The notes under the pieces were generated by a model. It saw only the letters and a list, made by a program, of their open reading frames with translations, did not search any database and was not told the DNA's origin. From an uncultured Nitrososphaerota archaeon (GTDB lineage Archaea > Thermoproteota > Nitrososphaeria > Nitrososphaerales > Nitrosopumilaceae): 64,000 nt of DNA. The position numbers and the translations under genes were made by a program. Location: contig OY969559.1 in assembly GCA_963701075.1 (NCBI GenBank), forward strand, positions 1,216,001 to 1,280,000, written 5' to 3'. Every line of letters begins with the position of its first letter. Position 1 is the stretch's first letter. Positions 9,803 to 19,188 of this stretch are shown in pieces.

Positions 9803-12658
9803 TTATTCCACATTAATTATACCGATTTTCCACGGATGAACTTGGCAAAAGTAGTAATATGTTCCAGATTCCGAAAAGACTTGGGTGAATCGTTTCTCAG
9901 GAGAAATCAGACTGCTGTCAAAATATGTACCGGTTCTTGAATCTGACGGCTTGCCACTAGTTATAGTATGCTCTACTGTATCTTCGTTAATCCATGTGAC
10001 TGAATCGCCCTTCCTTACTGAAATCATATCAGGCACAAAAAATTGAGGGTTATCTGGTCTACTTGAACCCGCACATATCATAATATCATGACTCAAGGTC
10101 GGTCTGGCCACGCCAGCATCGACTTCGCTATTTTCATCTTCTTGATTTTTTTCATCTGACTTCCCAACTCGTATTTTAAATCTCAAGGGTCGTGAAAGAG
10201 CATGCGGGTCATCAATACTCTCCCATGCAAATAACTCAACGTTAAATTCCCCAGTACTTTCCGGAGTCCATTGTAAGAGGGCTTTGACGGATTGTTTTGG
10301 CAATATGGAAGAAGAAACATGTGAAAGATGCATGACTGTTCCAGATTGGTTTGTTATCTGCATTAAAAAGACAAAAGATTCCTTTTTTTCCTGCATGTTT
10401 GTAACCTTTGCCCCAATGAATATTTTTTGTCCTGTTTTGATTTGTTCTAGGATCTTGTTATTTTTATCAATTATAATTGGATCGGTCAATGTAAAACGTT
10501 GTAGTGGTGGTGTAATTTTTCCGATGAAAGACGTTGCGCTCATCATGATTTCACTTGAGTATGTAAATGGAGTCGGTAGAGTTCTGTCCACATATAGAAC
10601 ATGAATTTTATCACCGTCCTTTACTTTTAATTTATTTACATCAGAAGACTCAGCGACCAATTTAACCGCCCCCCGAAATATTCCAGTATCATTCCCTGTT
10701 TCTACAACACTTACCATGATTCCATCTTTGTGTGAATCGGACCATACTTTCAAATCAAACTTATCAACTGAATCAGGATCAAGATTCATGTCTGGATCAA
10801 TGATCTGAATTTCTGCCACATCCCCTATGGAATAAGATGCCTGAGTCCATCTTACAGTTCCTATATTCCAACGAATTATTGCAGATGCCTGAATTTCCAT
10901 GCCTTTTGCATATTCGTATGTGACAGTTATGGAATCATCATTGGTGCATGGAATAAACCCATCAGTTGGACCAGTACCACCAATTTTACCACTTGGATTC
11001 AATCCGTTTCCGTCAACTCCTTTCTGATCTTTGATTGATGGATCTCCTGTAAGAACCACATATCCAGTAAAAATCCCAGTGTTCGTTCCTGTTTCCTCTA
11101 ATCTATACCGAATTTTGTGATTTTTAGTGGAAATAGAAATTTTGCCTGACCACTCATCTCCTATGATATCTTTAGCGTTAGGATCTACATTTGCGTCTGG
11201 CGCCACTACAGTAATGTGGACTTTGTCTGTCCAAGTGTACACTTTCTGGCTTAGTTGTATGGTTGCGCCAAAATGTGAGAGATAGAATTTGCATTCAGTA
11301 GTTTGTCCTCCGTATTCTGCCATCATCTTATATTCGGCATTTGGTTTACGACTCCAGTCTTTTCCACCGATAAGAATAGATTCTTGATAGATGCTATTCC
11401 AATCATCTTGTACCGGAATTGTATTTTTATAAACTAATTTTCCATCTGGTCCAAATATCTCCAGATTTATTGGAATGTTACTTATCACGTTAGGATTTAC
11501 AACTGTTGCAATCAACTTACGCCCATAAAGATAAACCATTTTGTCGGTTTGAAGTGTGATGGGAAGCGGTTTAGATACATATACACTACTTCTAGAACTT
11601 TTACCGTTATATTCTGCAATTAACTGATAATGAGCGTCCTCTTTCAACTTGTCTCCAGATACGGTCAATTTGGTTAGTTGCTCTATTCCTTCTACTGGAA
11701 TTTTTGTTTGATAGACTATACCTCCTTCAGGATTAAGAATTTTCAAAACTACTAGATCCGAAGAAGTTGGTTTTAATCTTGTTCGTATGACTAGTGGCCC
11801 CCCAAATGTTACTCTAGTCTTGTTTGGTTTTACATCTATGCCATTTGGTAACGAGGCTATGGATTTGTATAATGAAATTTCTTTGAGAAATTCCAACATC
11901 ATATCTGTTGGTGTCTTTTTATCAGATTTTAGCTGGATTACGTTAAGATTCATCTCTTCGAATTTTTTAATCGTCTGATCGTCAGGGTTTAACAAAACGA
12001 TGTACCCTTTTGGGGCAAACTCTTTTGCGGTATCTTCGATTGTTTTTCTCACTTGTTGAAAGTTCGGATCTGAAAGACTGTAACCGAGAAATAAAGGAGT
12101 TTTTGTTTCCAGATATGCAGATAATTGAGTTACTATAGTTTTGTATTTTTCCATGTACTCGTCATAATCATTTTTTGTCATTACCAGATATTCAGGGCTT
12201 TCAACATCGCCATGCATTTTAATGATATTTACAGTTGGTGGTCTTGCCAACATTACAACTTGTATCGGACCTGCTAGAGATTTAGCTGTGATGCCAACTT
12301 CTCTGTATGCTTGTTCTAGTAGAGTATCGAAATTTGTTGTAAATACAATTTTGAAATCAGAAATCTTTGCAAATTCACGATGCACTTCTCCCGCCTTTAC
12401 GATATTTGTTAGTAAAATTCTCTCTATTTCTTGTACCAGTCTCTTCCTACCGAACTTGTTCGCATATGCTTGGGTTATTTCCAAATTGTCTGATAACTCC
12501 GTAGTACCTAAATCCTTAGCTAGTTCATCACATAGTTCAGACCATGAAGGCATTTTTGTCCCATTGGGAAGGTCTGCATTTTTTGAGAACCCTGCTCCCA
12601 CAAAAGGTAGACAATTACCATTCGCCATATCTTCGAGTAGTTCTCTTGGTACTAACAC
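9803..12658 (-). CDS. SIR2-family NADase fused to S-layer-type Ig domains and a C-terminal cupredoxin
   Basis: FVGAGFS, FTTNFD, KMHGD, LFLGYSLSD (SIR2_2); QKVYTWTDKVHITVVAPD and ETGxxTGIFxG repeats (thaumarchaeal S-layer type); HTITSG...YFCQVHPWK (cupredoxin); no signal peptide. Confidence 0.85.
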   Translation of the reverse strand: MLVPRELLEDMANGNCLPFVGAGFSKNADLPNGTKMPSWSELCDELAKDLGTTELSDNLEITQAYANKFGRKRLVQEIERILLTNIVKAGEVHREFAKISDFKIVFTTNFDTLLEQAYREVGITAKSLAGPIQVVMLARPPTVNIIKMHGDVESPEYLVMTKNDYDEYMEKYKTIVTQLSAYLETKTPLFLGYSLSDPNFQQVRKTIEDTAKEFAPKGYIVLLNPDDQTIKKFEEMNLNVIQLKSDKKTPTDMMLEFLKEISLYKSIASLPNGIDVKPNKTRVTFGGPLVIRTRLKPTSSDLVVLKILNPEGGIVYQTKIPVEGIEQLTKLTVSGDKLKEDAHYQLIAEYNGKSSRSSVYVSKPLPITLQTDKMVYLYGRKLIATVVNPNVISNIPINLEIFGPDGKLVYKNTIPVQDDWNSIYQESILIGGKDWSRKPNAEYKMMAEYGGQTTECKFYLSHFGATIQLSQKVYTWTDKVHITVVAPDANVDPNAKDIIGDEWSGKISISTKNHKIRYRLEETGTNTGIFTGYVVLTGDPSIKDQKGVDGNGLNPSGKIGGTGPTDGFIPCTNDDSITVTYEYAKGMEIQASAIIRWNIGTVRWTQASYSIGDVAEIQIIDPDMNLDPDSVDKFDLKVWSDSHKDGIMVSVVETGNDTGIFRGAVKLVAESSDVNKLKVKDGDKIHVLYVDRTLPTPFTYSSEIMMSATSFIGKITPPLQRFTLTDPIIIDKNNKILEQIKTGQKIFIGAKVTNMQEKKESFVFLMQITNQSGTVMHLSHVSSSILPKQSVKALLQWTPESTGEFNVELFAWESIDDPHALSRPLRFKIRVGKSDEKNQEDENSEVDAGVARPTLSHDIMICAGSSRPDNPQFFVPDMISVRKGDSVTWINEDTVEHTITSGKPSDSRTGTYFDSSLISPEKRFTQVFSESGTYYYFCQVHPWKIGIINVE

Positions 12659-12764
12659 AGATCAGATCATTAAATTCAAGAGTAAAAAAGAATGTGATTT
12701 ATTGAGAAAGTGATTCTTATTTTGTTTGGATTCTGTTTTTATATGTGCTCTCTCCAAAGCTGTA

Positions 12765-12794
12765 GTGTAGACAATGTAGACAAATAATGTCTAC
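12765..12794. repeat. 30-bp repeat copy A (TGTAGACAA tandem units) at ATPase stop / SIR2 upstream region
   Basis: GTGTAGACAATGTAGACAAATAATGTCTAC, 29/30 identical to 13969-13998. Confidence 0.85.
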
Positions 12795-13987
12795 TAGGTA
12801 AACTTTCGCAGGATATACTTCTTTAACAGAGGAACTGAAAAACGGTAAACACCGCGTTTATAGTTATAAATCAGACCTTTATCCTCAAGTCTTTTCATGT
12901 ATTTTGATAAGGTAGTTCGTTCTATCCTGGCTTTTTTCTTGATAAAATCAAATGGAATGTCCATATCCTTTGCATGTGCCATGGCAATGATGACCTTTTG
13001 TTCTTCATCACTTAACGCATCCATTCGCGGATCAAAAAAGTCGTCGTCAAGCTGTTTTGTAATTGAAGGACTGAATCGTTCATAATCATTTAAGAGAATC
13101 TTCTTTTTTCCGCTCATATTGATTAGTTCTTTACAGTAAAACTGGATAAAATATGGATATTGGCCAGTCTCAACAACAATTCTTTCAATAAGTGGCTTTT
13201 CGAATTGGAATTCACTTCTATCTAATGGGGTGACAATTGCGGAAGTTGCTTCCTCCCTGTTTAGGTTTCCCACCTCCATGGATTTGTACATGCGTTCAGA
13301 ATATGATCTCACTTCTTTTACATTGAGATGGAGGTTTGGCAGACCACAAAACACTGCAAAATATTTGCAATGTTTCTTTTGCACTTCGTTTAACACCCCG
13401 ATAAAATCAGAAAGGACAAACCACTTTTTGTATTCTATATCATACACCGAATGAAATTCATCAAACAGGAAGATGACGCCTTTGTAATTGCCATTTTCAA
13501 AGACCTTCCAATTCGCTAGCAGGTATTCCTTTAGATGATCTTCAAATGGGATCCCAGAAGTTGTGTTGTAAGACGGTTCATAATAAAAAACATCTGGAAT
13601 TCCAACTTCTTTTGGTCTAATATATGACAAAACAGAAGTGAACTTGTCCTTCATCCTCTTAACTCTGGAAAATGTACGTATTGCAGTTTTTATATCATAT
13701 TTTAATGCCTTGGTAAATTCGTCTGGGTCGCAATATTTCTTACTAAACTGTGACCTTTTAACAGGAAGAAAACCGTGACTTATGCAGGATTTACTAAATT
13801 CATCCATGAGTACAGTTTTTCCAGTTCCTCGTAAACCATACACTATCAAATTCTCAATTTGACCTTCCTTTATACGATTTAGCATTTGTGCAAATTTTTC
13901 CAAATGCTTTTCTCGTCCTGCAAGATAAGGCGGTGGAACTCCTGAACCTGGATTAAATGGATTATTTGGTGTAGACAATGTAGACAA
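12794..13987 (-). CDS. STAND-like/AAA_16 ATPase with C-terminal winged helix
   Basis: NPFNPG...LAGRE, Walker A GLRGTGKT, Walker B FLFDEFH, GxYP(YF), wHTH tail LSKYMKRLEDKGLI. Confidence 0.88.
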   Translation of the reverse strand: MSTLSTPNNPFNPGSGVPPPYLAGREKHLEKFAQMLNRIKEGQIENLIVYGLRGTGKTVLMDEFSKSCISHGFLPVKRSQFSKKYCDPDEFTKALKYDIKTAIRTFSRVKRMKDKFTSVLSYIRPKEVGIPDVFYYEPSYNTTSGIPFEDHLKEYLLANWKVFENGNYKGVIFLFDEFHSVYDIEYKKWFVLSDFIGVLNEVQKKHCKYFAVFCGLPNLHLNVKEVRSYSERMYKSMEVGNLNREEATSAIVTPLDRSEFQFEKPLIERIVVETGQYPYFIQFYCKELINMSGKKKILLNDYERFSPSITKQLDDDFFDPRMDALSDEEQKVIIAMAHAKDMDIPFDFIKKKARIERTTLSKYMKRLEDKGLIYNYKRGVYRFSVPLLKKYILRKFT

Positions 13988-14008
13988 ATTATGTCTACAT
14001 TGTCTACA
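13969..14008. promoter_or_regulatory. Perfect 17-bp inverted repeat (operator-like) over ATPase start codon; repeat copy B
   Basis: TGTAGACAATGTAGACA-aatta-TGTCTACATTGTCTACA at 13970-14008, adjacent to minus-strand TATA-like CTTTATAA (14009-14016). Confidence 0.75.
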
Positions 14009-14322
14009 TTATAAAGAATTTCATTGAAAATATTAGATCAGTTTTATGCACCATGATCAAACAATATTTCCGACCCTTTTGTAACTGCATTATAGATTTT
14101 CCAGACTTGTTGGCTAGGTAGGTCATTATTCATTGCTCCAAGATCTTGTCTTCCATCCAGAAGCCGCGAACTTCACACTCCAGGAATGATATGTATGCTG
14201 TTCTGATAGCATTAATTTCTTCAGCCATGCTATGAAAATATGGTAGAGAATGTTAAACTTTCATAGCCAAATTCAGACGGTACAGTATCTTCACCTTCAT
14301 TCTAATCCGCATTAATTAGGTT

Positions 14323-15777
14323 CTATATGCTACTAGTTCTGGCCGTATCGTGATCTCTAGCGAAGTTCCTCACATGCCTTATCTTGATTATGAATTCTTT
14401 AAGATTATCACTTGAAAATGGTAGTTCAGATAGAAAACAGGCTTCTGCTAGAGCCATCATTTGATGCGTGAGATATACTAACTGCTGAGTATCCGTTATA
14501 ACTCCGTCGGAAAATTCAAGTCCATGAGCGTTATAGTGTCTTGTCTTAGAAACATTTACGGTAAAATCATGTTTCTCTTTTGCTGCATCATTAAAGGCAT
14601 CCGGGCACATATCCACAAGTTTTTGAAGTCTTTCTGCGAGATTAGGCCAATTACCCATGCTTTTGAATTGCTTTATGTAATTGATTTGGTTTTGAGCACC
14701 AACGCATTTTGATTTCATATTTTGAATCATTTTTTCATAGTCTTCGTCAGACATTTTCTTATCACTGGGAAATTTCTTCCTATGATATGCTTCTAGTACT
14801 TGCACTACACGTTGGAACTTGATTTCGAGTGTGATGGATCCTTCGTCTAGGAGAGTTGTAAAATAATCTATAAGTAAATCACGACAAACTATCCAGAATT
14901 TTCTCCAAGTTTGTACGTATGACTGAAAGTTTTGAGATAGTAAAGGATAATGAAATAACATATCACGTGATAAAGATCTTTCAGGCACGTAATCGTGCAG
15001 GCGGATACTTGGAAATACACTGACACTAGTGTTATCCTGATCTGCTGTTTTGGCCCGTATGCTAATAGGATATACGTTTTTCATCATAGATAACATCAAA
15101 AAATGTCTAAAACATGTTTGAATGTCCCAGAAATCCTTTAGCTTATGAGGTGTTTGACTTTTAATCATTAAAGATGTTGTTTGGGTGATTTTTCTTTCTT
15201 CTGAGTATATTGAGAATCCAGTTGATGCACCATGTACGATTTCTAGTTCAAACTCCTCGTCAATCTTTGCCTTTATTGAGGGAGGTTGTTGGTATTCTAA
15301 CTTAATTTTTTTATCAATAGATTCAGAACGATCAGTTTTGAATGAAGATTGTGCTACCCATAGGTGTAGATTTGACCAATCTACAGAGACACTCTTGAAT
15401 TCTATTTCTTCTAGAGTATCAAAATGTTTTCCTACAAACATTGACATGGCCCTAAATTTGCAAGTGACGATTCCATTTGATGCAGTATGAAGTCCAGTCT
15501 GAGCACAATCAACCAGTGTTATTATACGGTCATCTGTAGTTAATCCTAAAATAATCGGCTTCTCTTCAGGTCCTTCCTCAAACTTTTTGATTATGGAGAA
15601 AACATCTGCATCGGTTGCAGCAAATGAACCAATGGTGGTAAGCGATATGCCGTTATTATCATATTCCATAGTACCAGAGAGTTTTCTTTCTTTTGATTCG
15701 GGCAGAAACCAGATTCCAACGGATTGAAATTTATCATATAGTGATAAAGATTGATTTTCTTCGGTCATGTCCCGCAT
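14323..15777 (-). CDS. ApeA-like protein (ApeA N-terminal domain plus HEPN RNase)
   Basis: GIWFLP...LSGTMEY N-terminus, QVLEAYH, HEPN RxxxxH motif RHYNAH. Confidence 0.8.
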   Translation of the reverse strand: MRDMTEENQSLSLYDKFQSVGIWFLPESKERKLSGTMEYDNNGISLTTIGSFAATDADVFSIIKKFEEGPEEKPIILGLTTDDRIITLVDCAQTGLHTASNGIVTCKFRAMSMFVGKHFDTLEEIEFKSVSVDWSNLHLWVAQSSFKTDRSESIDKKIKLEYQQPPSIKAKIDEEFELEIVHGASTGFSIYSEERKITQTTSLMIKSQTPHKLKDFWDIQTCFRHFLMLSMMKNVYPISIRAKTADQDNTSVSVFPSIRLHDYVPERSLSRDMLFHYPLLSQNFQSYVQTWRKFWIVCRDLLIDYFTTLLDEGSITLEIKFQRVVQVLEAYHRKKFPSDKKMSDEDYEKMIQNMKSKCVGAQNQINYIKQFKSMGNWPNLAERLQKLVDMCPDAFNDAAKEKHDFTVNVSKTRHYNAHGLEFSDGVITDTQQLVYLTHQMMALAEACFLSELPFSSDNLKEFIIKIRHVRNFARDHDTARTSSI

Positions 15778-15986
15778 GAACTGTCTTCACGACTAGGCAG
15801 ATGTCTCAGTCTTGGATAAAATACAAAGAATGCCATCAATAGAACAAGGCCAATTGTTTGTAATGATATTGCTGTTTGGAGATATGGTACTGATTTTGTT
15901 ATTTCAGCTATTGGATAGAATGGGACTGCTGCAAGTGATGATATGATTCCAAATACTAGCATTGCATGCGTATGCTTTAGTCTCAT
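15765..15986 (-). CDS. Small two-TM membrane protein
   Basis: Two hydrophobic helices; overlaps both neighbours in an operon-like manner. Confidence 0.55.
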   Translation of the reverse strand: MRLKHTHAMLVFGIISSLAAVPFYPIAEITKSVPYLQTAISLQTIGLVLLMAFFVFYPRLRHLPSREDSSCGT

Positions 15987-16666
15987 GATATACCAAATAT
16001 AGAAGCAAAATTAACCATATCATCGGCTGCTCCTATTCCGTTCTCGTCTACTTCAATCTCGATTACATTATTGCCTCCAATGCAAACAAGATTTATCGCC
16101 GTATTTTGGATTGTGGTTCTAAGTATACCGCCACATGTATTACTATTGGGTCCATTGCTGGGCAAATTCCATTTTTCGAAATGCTCACTATTCCAGTATT
16201 CGAAGATTTGTTGCCACGCAGATCTTGCATCGCTATAAGTAGCGAATTGGCCAACATCGACTGTGGCTTCTGCACCCATACCAGGTTTCGTGTAGGATTG
16301 TTCAATTGAATTTATGAAACCTAAGCCACCCATAATCCTGGAATTTGTTGGCTGTCCCACAATCTGCCATGCTGAGCCAATCTCGTTTTGTGTTGGAAGA
16401 GATGATGCTAATGGGTTTGTGGGAGGAGTTGCTGCAGGAGCTGATTGCGTGGTTGTTGATGAGATCTGAATGAGGCCATCGTTGATCATCCATTGTATAG
16501 CCTTGATGAATTCTGCGTCTGAGATCTGGCCTTGTCCCCACCAAAGGGCAGTATTTTTCACCCAGCTTGGAATAGATGTTTGCTGAGCTATTACGTTAGT
16601 AGAATGGCCTAATGTGATTCCTATTGCAAAAGCTAGAACGATAACAAGATAGAGCGCCTTTTTCAA
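15983..16666 (-). CDS. Secreted protein with IPSWVKN motif
   Basis: Signal peptide, IPSWVKNTALWW...FIKAIQWMI. Confidence 0.75.
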   Translation of the reverse strand: MKKALYLVIVLAFAIGITLGHSTNVIAQQTSIPSWVKNTALWWGQGQISDAEFIKAIQWMINDGLIQISSTTTQSAPAATPPTNPLASSLPTQNEIGSAWQIVGQPTNSRIMGGLGFINSIEQSYTKPGMGAEATVDVGQFATYSDARSAWQQIFEYWNSEHFEKWNLPSNGPNSNTCGGILRTTIQNTAINLVCIGGNNVIEIEVDENGIGAADDMVNFASIFGIS

Positions 16667-16770
16667 TGTAGTTAGATTTCAGGTTTAAAATATATAAGAT
16701 TTCATCTGCTGTAGGTATTGTTGTCCTAAACAAACTTCAGCAAGTTGTTTGAGTGGCTCATGTTTGTAAC

Positions 16771-17742
16771 TTATTGTAATCTAGGATCACTACATACAGG
16801 GAAATAAGAAGGATAAGTCTTTTCCAACCAGCTGCCGCAGTCTTGTTTTACGATGTTTATTGCATTGATACAAGTAGTGGAATTAGAAATTGCGCTATTG
16901 ATACAATCGTTTAGAATGATTTGAAACTGGCTGTTAATTTTGTCCAATGCTGTTGCGTTAATTGGTGTTTGACTAGGTGTATTGAGGGGGTAGGTTGGAT
17001 TTGTAGATTGACCCATGTTTGCTATTTGTTGTAGTCTTGGATCGCTACAAGCCGTAATGCCTGGAGTGGTCTGGCATAGGCTTATCATGTTTTTGGCATC
17101 TGTAACACAAACTTGAATTGTATTACTATTCTGTGTGGTCAAGCATTCATTGATGAAGGATTCCATTGTTTGACTTGTAGTATCATTTTGGTTTGCTGGT
17201 TCTGTAATCTGTTCATTCATTATCTGAGCTATTCGTGGGTCACTACATGCGGGAACTGCATTTGCACCCAATGAGTTACAAGTTTGTTGGATTTGCGTCA
17301 TTTCTGTTTTGCATGTTGACAGATTGCTTGTATCATTAACTAGTGAACATGTATTTATCATCGTTAACGTGGCATTGTTAAGATTTGATGACGATGATGA
17401 TATCATGTTTTGTGCATATGAGATTTTACTGTCAACCGTAGCTAAAAACTGGTCAATTCTAGGATCACTACATACTGACATTGAAGAATATTGAGAATCC
17501 TGACATTTGTTTTTTATATCCGTAATACCAGATTTGCACGTTGTTAAATCCCCTACTGATTGGTCTGTCTCACAAACGTTAAGCAAATTCACACTGTCGG
17601 TATTTAGTCGGCTTGTATCCTGCTGAATCAGACTGTTTGTTGCTTGCTGGCTTTGAAGTTGGGCTGGCAGGACAATTGCAATAAGCGCAATACCAAAAAT
17701 TAGGCTTGCAATACCAATTATGATTTTACCAAATGCGCCCAC
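16771..17742 (-). CDS. Membrane-anchored Cys-rich protein with four CSDPR repeats
   Basis: Likely GTG start at 17742 (the longer ORF overlaps AbrB); N-terminal TM; four 4-Cys repeats ending CSDPR(I/L). Confidence 0.7.
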   Translation of the reverse strand: MGAFGKIIIGIASLIFGIALIAIVLPAQLQSQQATNSLIQQDTSRLNTDSVNLLNVCETDQSVGDLTTCKSGITDIKNKCQDSQYSSMSVCSDPRIDQFLATVDSKISYAQNMISSSSSNLNNATLTMINTCSLVNDTSNLSTCKTEMTQIQQTCNSLGANAVPACSDPRIAQIMNEQITEPANQNDTTSQTMESFINECLTTQNSNTIQVCVTDAKNMISLCQTTPGITACSDPRLQQIANMGQSTNPTYPLNTPSQTPINATALDKINSQFQIILNDCINSAISNSTTCINAINIVKQDCGSWLEKTYPSYFPVCSDPRLQ

Positions 17743-17837
17743 GAAACGCTCTTCATTATAAATGATATAAGATTTATCTTGGTAAACTTGGTATTCATGG
17801 CTATGTATATTCTTGATTATCTTATTTATCTTGATGA

Positions 17838-17987
17838 ATGGCAAAGATACTTGGCGCAAGCAAGATAACTGTAAGATACCAGGTCACAATTCCTGAGGAT
17901 GTAAGGAAACAAATGAAAATAGAAGTTGGTCAGACTTTGGTATTTGTAGAAGATAATGGCAAGATAGTTCTCAAGACAGATTTGTAA
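17838..17987 (+). CDS. AbrB/MazE/SpoVT family DNA-binding protein (49 aa, not in ORF track)
   Basis: MAKILGASKITVRYQVTIPEDVRKQMKIEVGQTLVFVEDNGKIVLKTDL. Confidence 0.9.
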   Translation: MAKILGASKITVRYQVTIPEDVRKQMKIEVGQTLVFVEDNGKIVLKTDL

Positions 17988-18130
17988 CTCTGGTTACAAT
18001 ATTGAGGCCAAAAATTGACACAAGATTTGTGACTCTGTTCAATCTTCGATATGTTTCATTGATTTTCTATTGCTGTTCAATTAGGGGTTTGAAGTGTTAA
18101 GTTGGGAAGATCATAGATCATTTTTAATCA

Positions 18131-18445
18131 ATGTGTTTTCTAAAAATAAACATGGCTAAGATAGCTTTCATGCCATTTCTTGAATGCGTTATGGAAGGGT
18201 CATACCGTGAAATTAAGGAAGGATTAGGCGACCTTAGTAATGCTGGATGGAAGAGGTATATGGCTATAGGATCAACAGAAATTAGACTAATGACAATGCA
18301 TGGTATTAGAAAATACACAGTAATTGAAAATGGAGGAATTTTTGAAATCGGATACAATATGGTAAAGTATTCTCCTGATAATGTTACAAACGAATTTGAA
18401 GTTGATGAGAAAAAATGGAGAAAAGACAATCATCCGCTAGAATAA
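18131..18445 (+). CDS. Hypothetical protein
   Basis: 104-aa ORF; start uncertain. Confidence 0.55.
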   Translation: MCFLKINMAKIAFMPFLECVMEGSYREIKEGLGDLSNAGWKRYMAIGSTEIRLMTMHGIRKYTVIENGGIFEIGYNMVKYSPDNVTNEFEVDEKKWRKDNHPLE

Positions 18446-18601
18446 AACATGTTAAACTTGCATACTAAAATTAGAAATAATCATTGTCTAGTCAGTGAAT
18501 AAACCGCTGGTTAGAATAAGGTTTTGTAAAACAAATCAAGCCATCTGGCCTGCGCTATTATCTTGTTAAGATGTGCCTTAGATAGAAGCAAATGGATGAA
18601 T

Positions 18602-19114
18602 TTACGCTTTATTTCCTTGCGGTTCATTCTTTGTTCCGGTTTTGAGTATGCCTCTCTCAATCATTCCCTTTAGCAAGTCGCCAAATGCCGATTGAGTCGG
18701 CATTACCTTCGTTACTATGGAATCAATTATTGACTGTCTTTTTATTCCGACAGGTTCTGCCATCATGTTTTCAAACGACATTTTACTGAGAGTTTCAACC
18801 TCGGACAGCATTTTTCTAACCATGACAGTAAATCCGGTCAACGCGAAATTTCTAAGATCTTGATAAATCTCAGGAAGTTCTGAAAATGCCTTTTTGTGTC
18901 GTTTGTATGTGCTCATTGAGATGGTAATTGGTACTGGCATGTTGTCTTTCACAAGTATGGAACTGTCTGCATTTGTCCTGTATCCCAGTACGCCTGAATT
19001 GATGTATTTCAGGGCGTTTAGGTTCGTAAAACCAAATGCCTCGCTTGTCCATATTGCATTTTTGACTCTTTGCAGGAATTCTTCCCTTGTAATTTGAGGA
19101 TCAGATTTAGTCAT
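18602..19114 (-). CDS. Hypothetical mobile-element protein
   Basis: 170-aa ORF downstream of the replication-like gene on the same strand. Confidence 0.65.
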   Translation of the reverse strand: MTKSDPQITREEFLQRVKNAIWTSEAFGFTNLNALKYINSGVLGYRTNADSSILVKDNMPVPITISMSTYKRHKKAFSELPEIYQDLRNFALTGFTVMVRKMLSEVETLSKMSFENMMAEPVGIKRQSIIDSIVTKVMPTQSAFGDLLKGMIERGILKTGTKNEPQGNKA

Positions 19115-19188
19115 TTTTGTTCCTGCCGCTGAGCTTTTTTAGGGTCAAAATAGTTTTTTCTCATTTGAAATAGACATTTTTGATTTGT

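Noticed and set aside
17743-17859. N-terminal extension of ORF 16771..17859
   Set aside because: Overlaps the AbrB gene and the AT-rich divergent promoter; GTG 17742 directly precedes the TM segment
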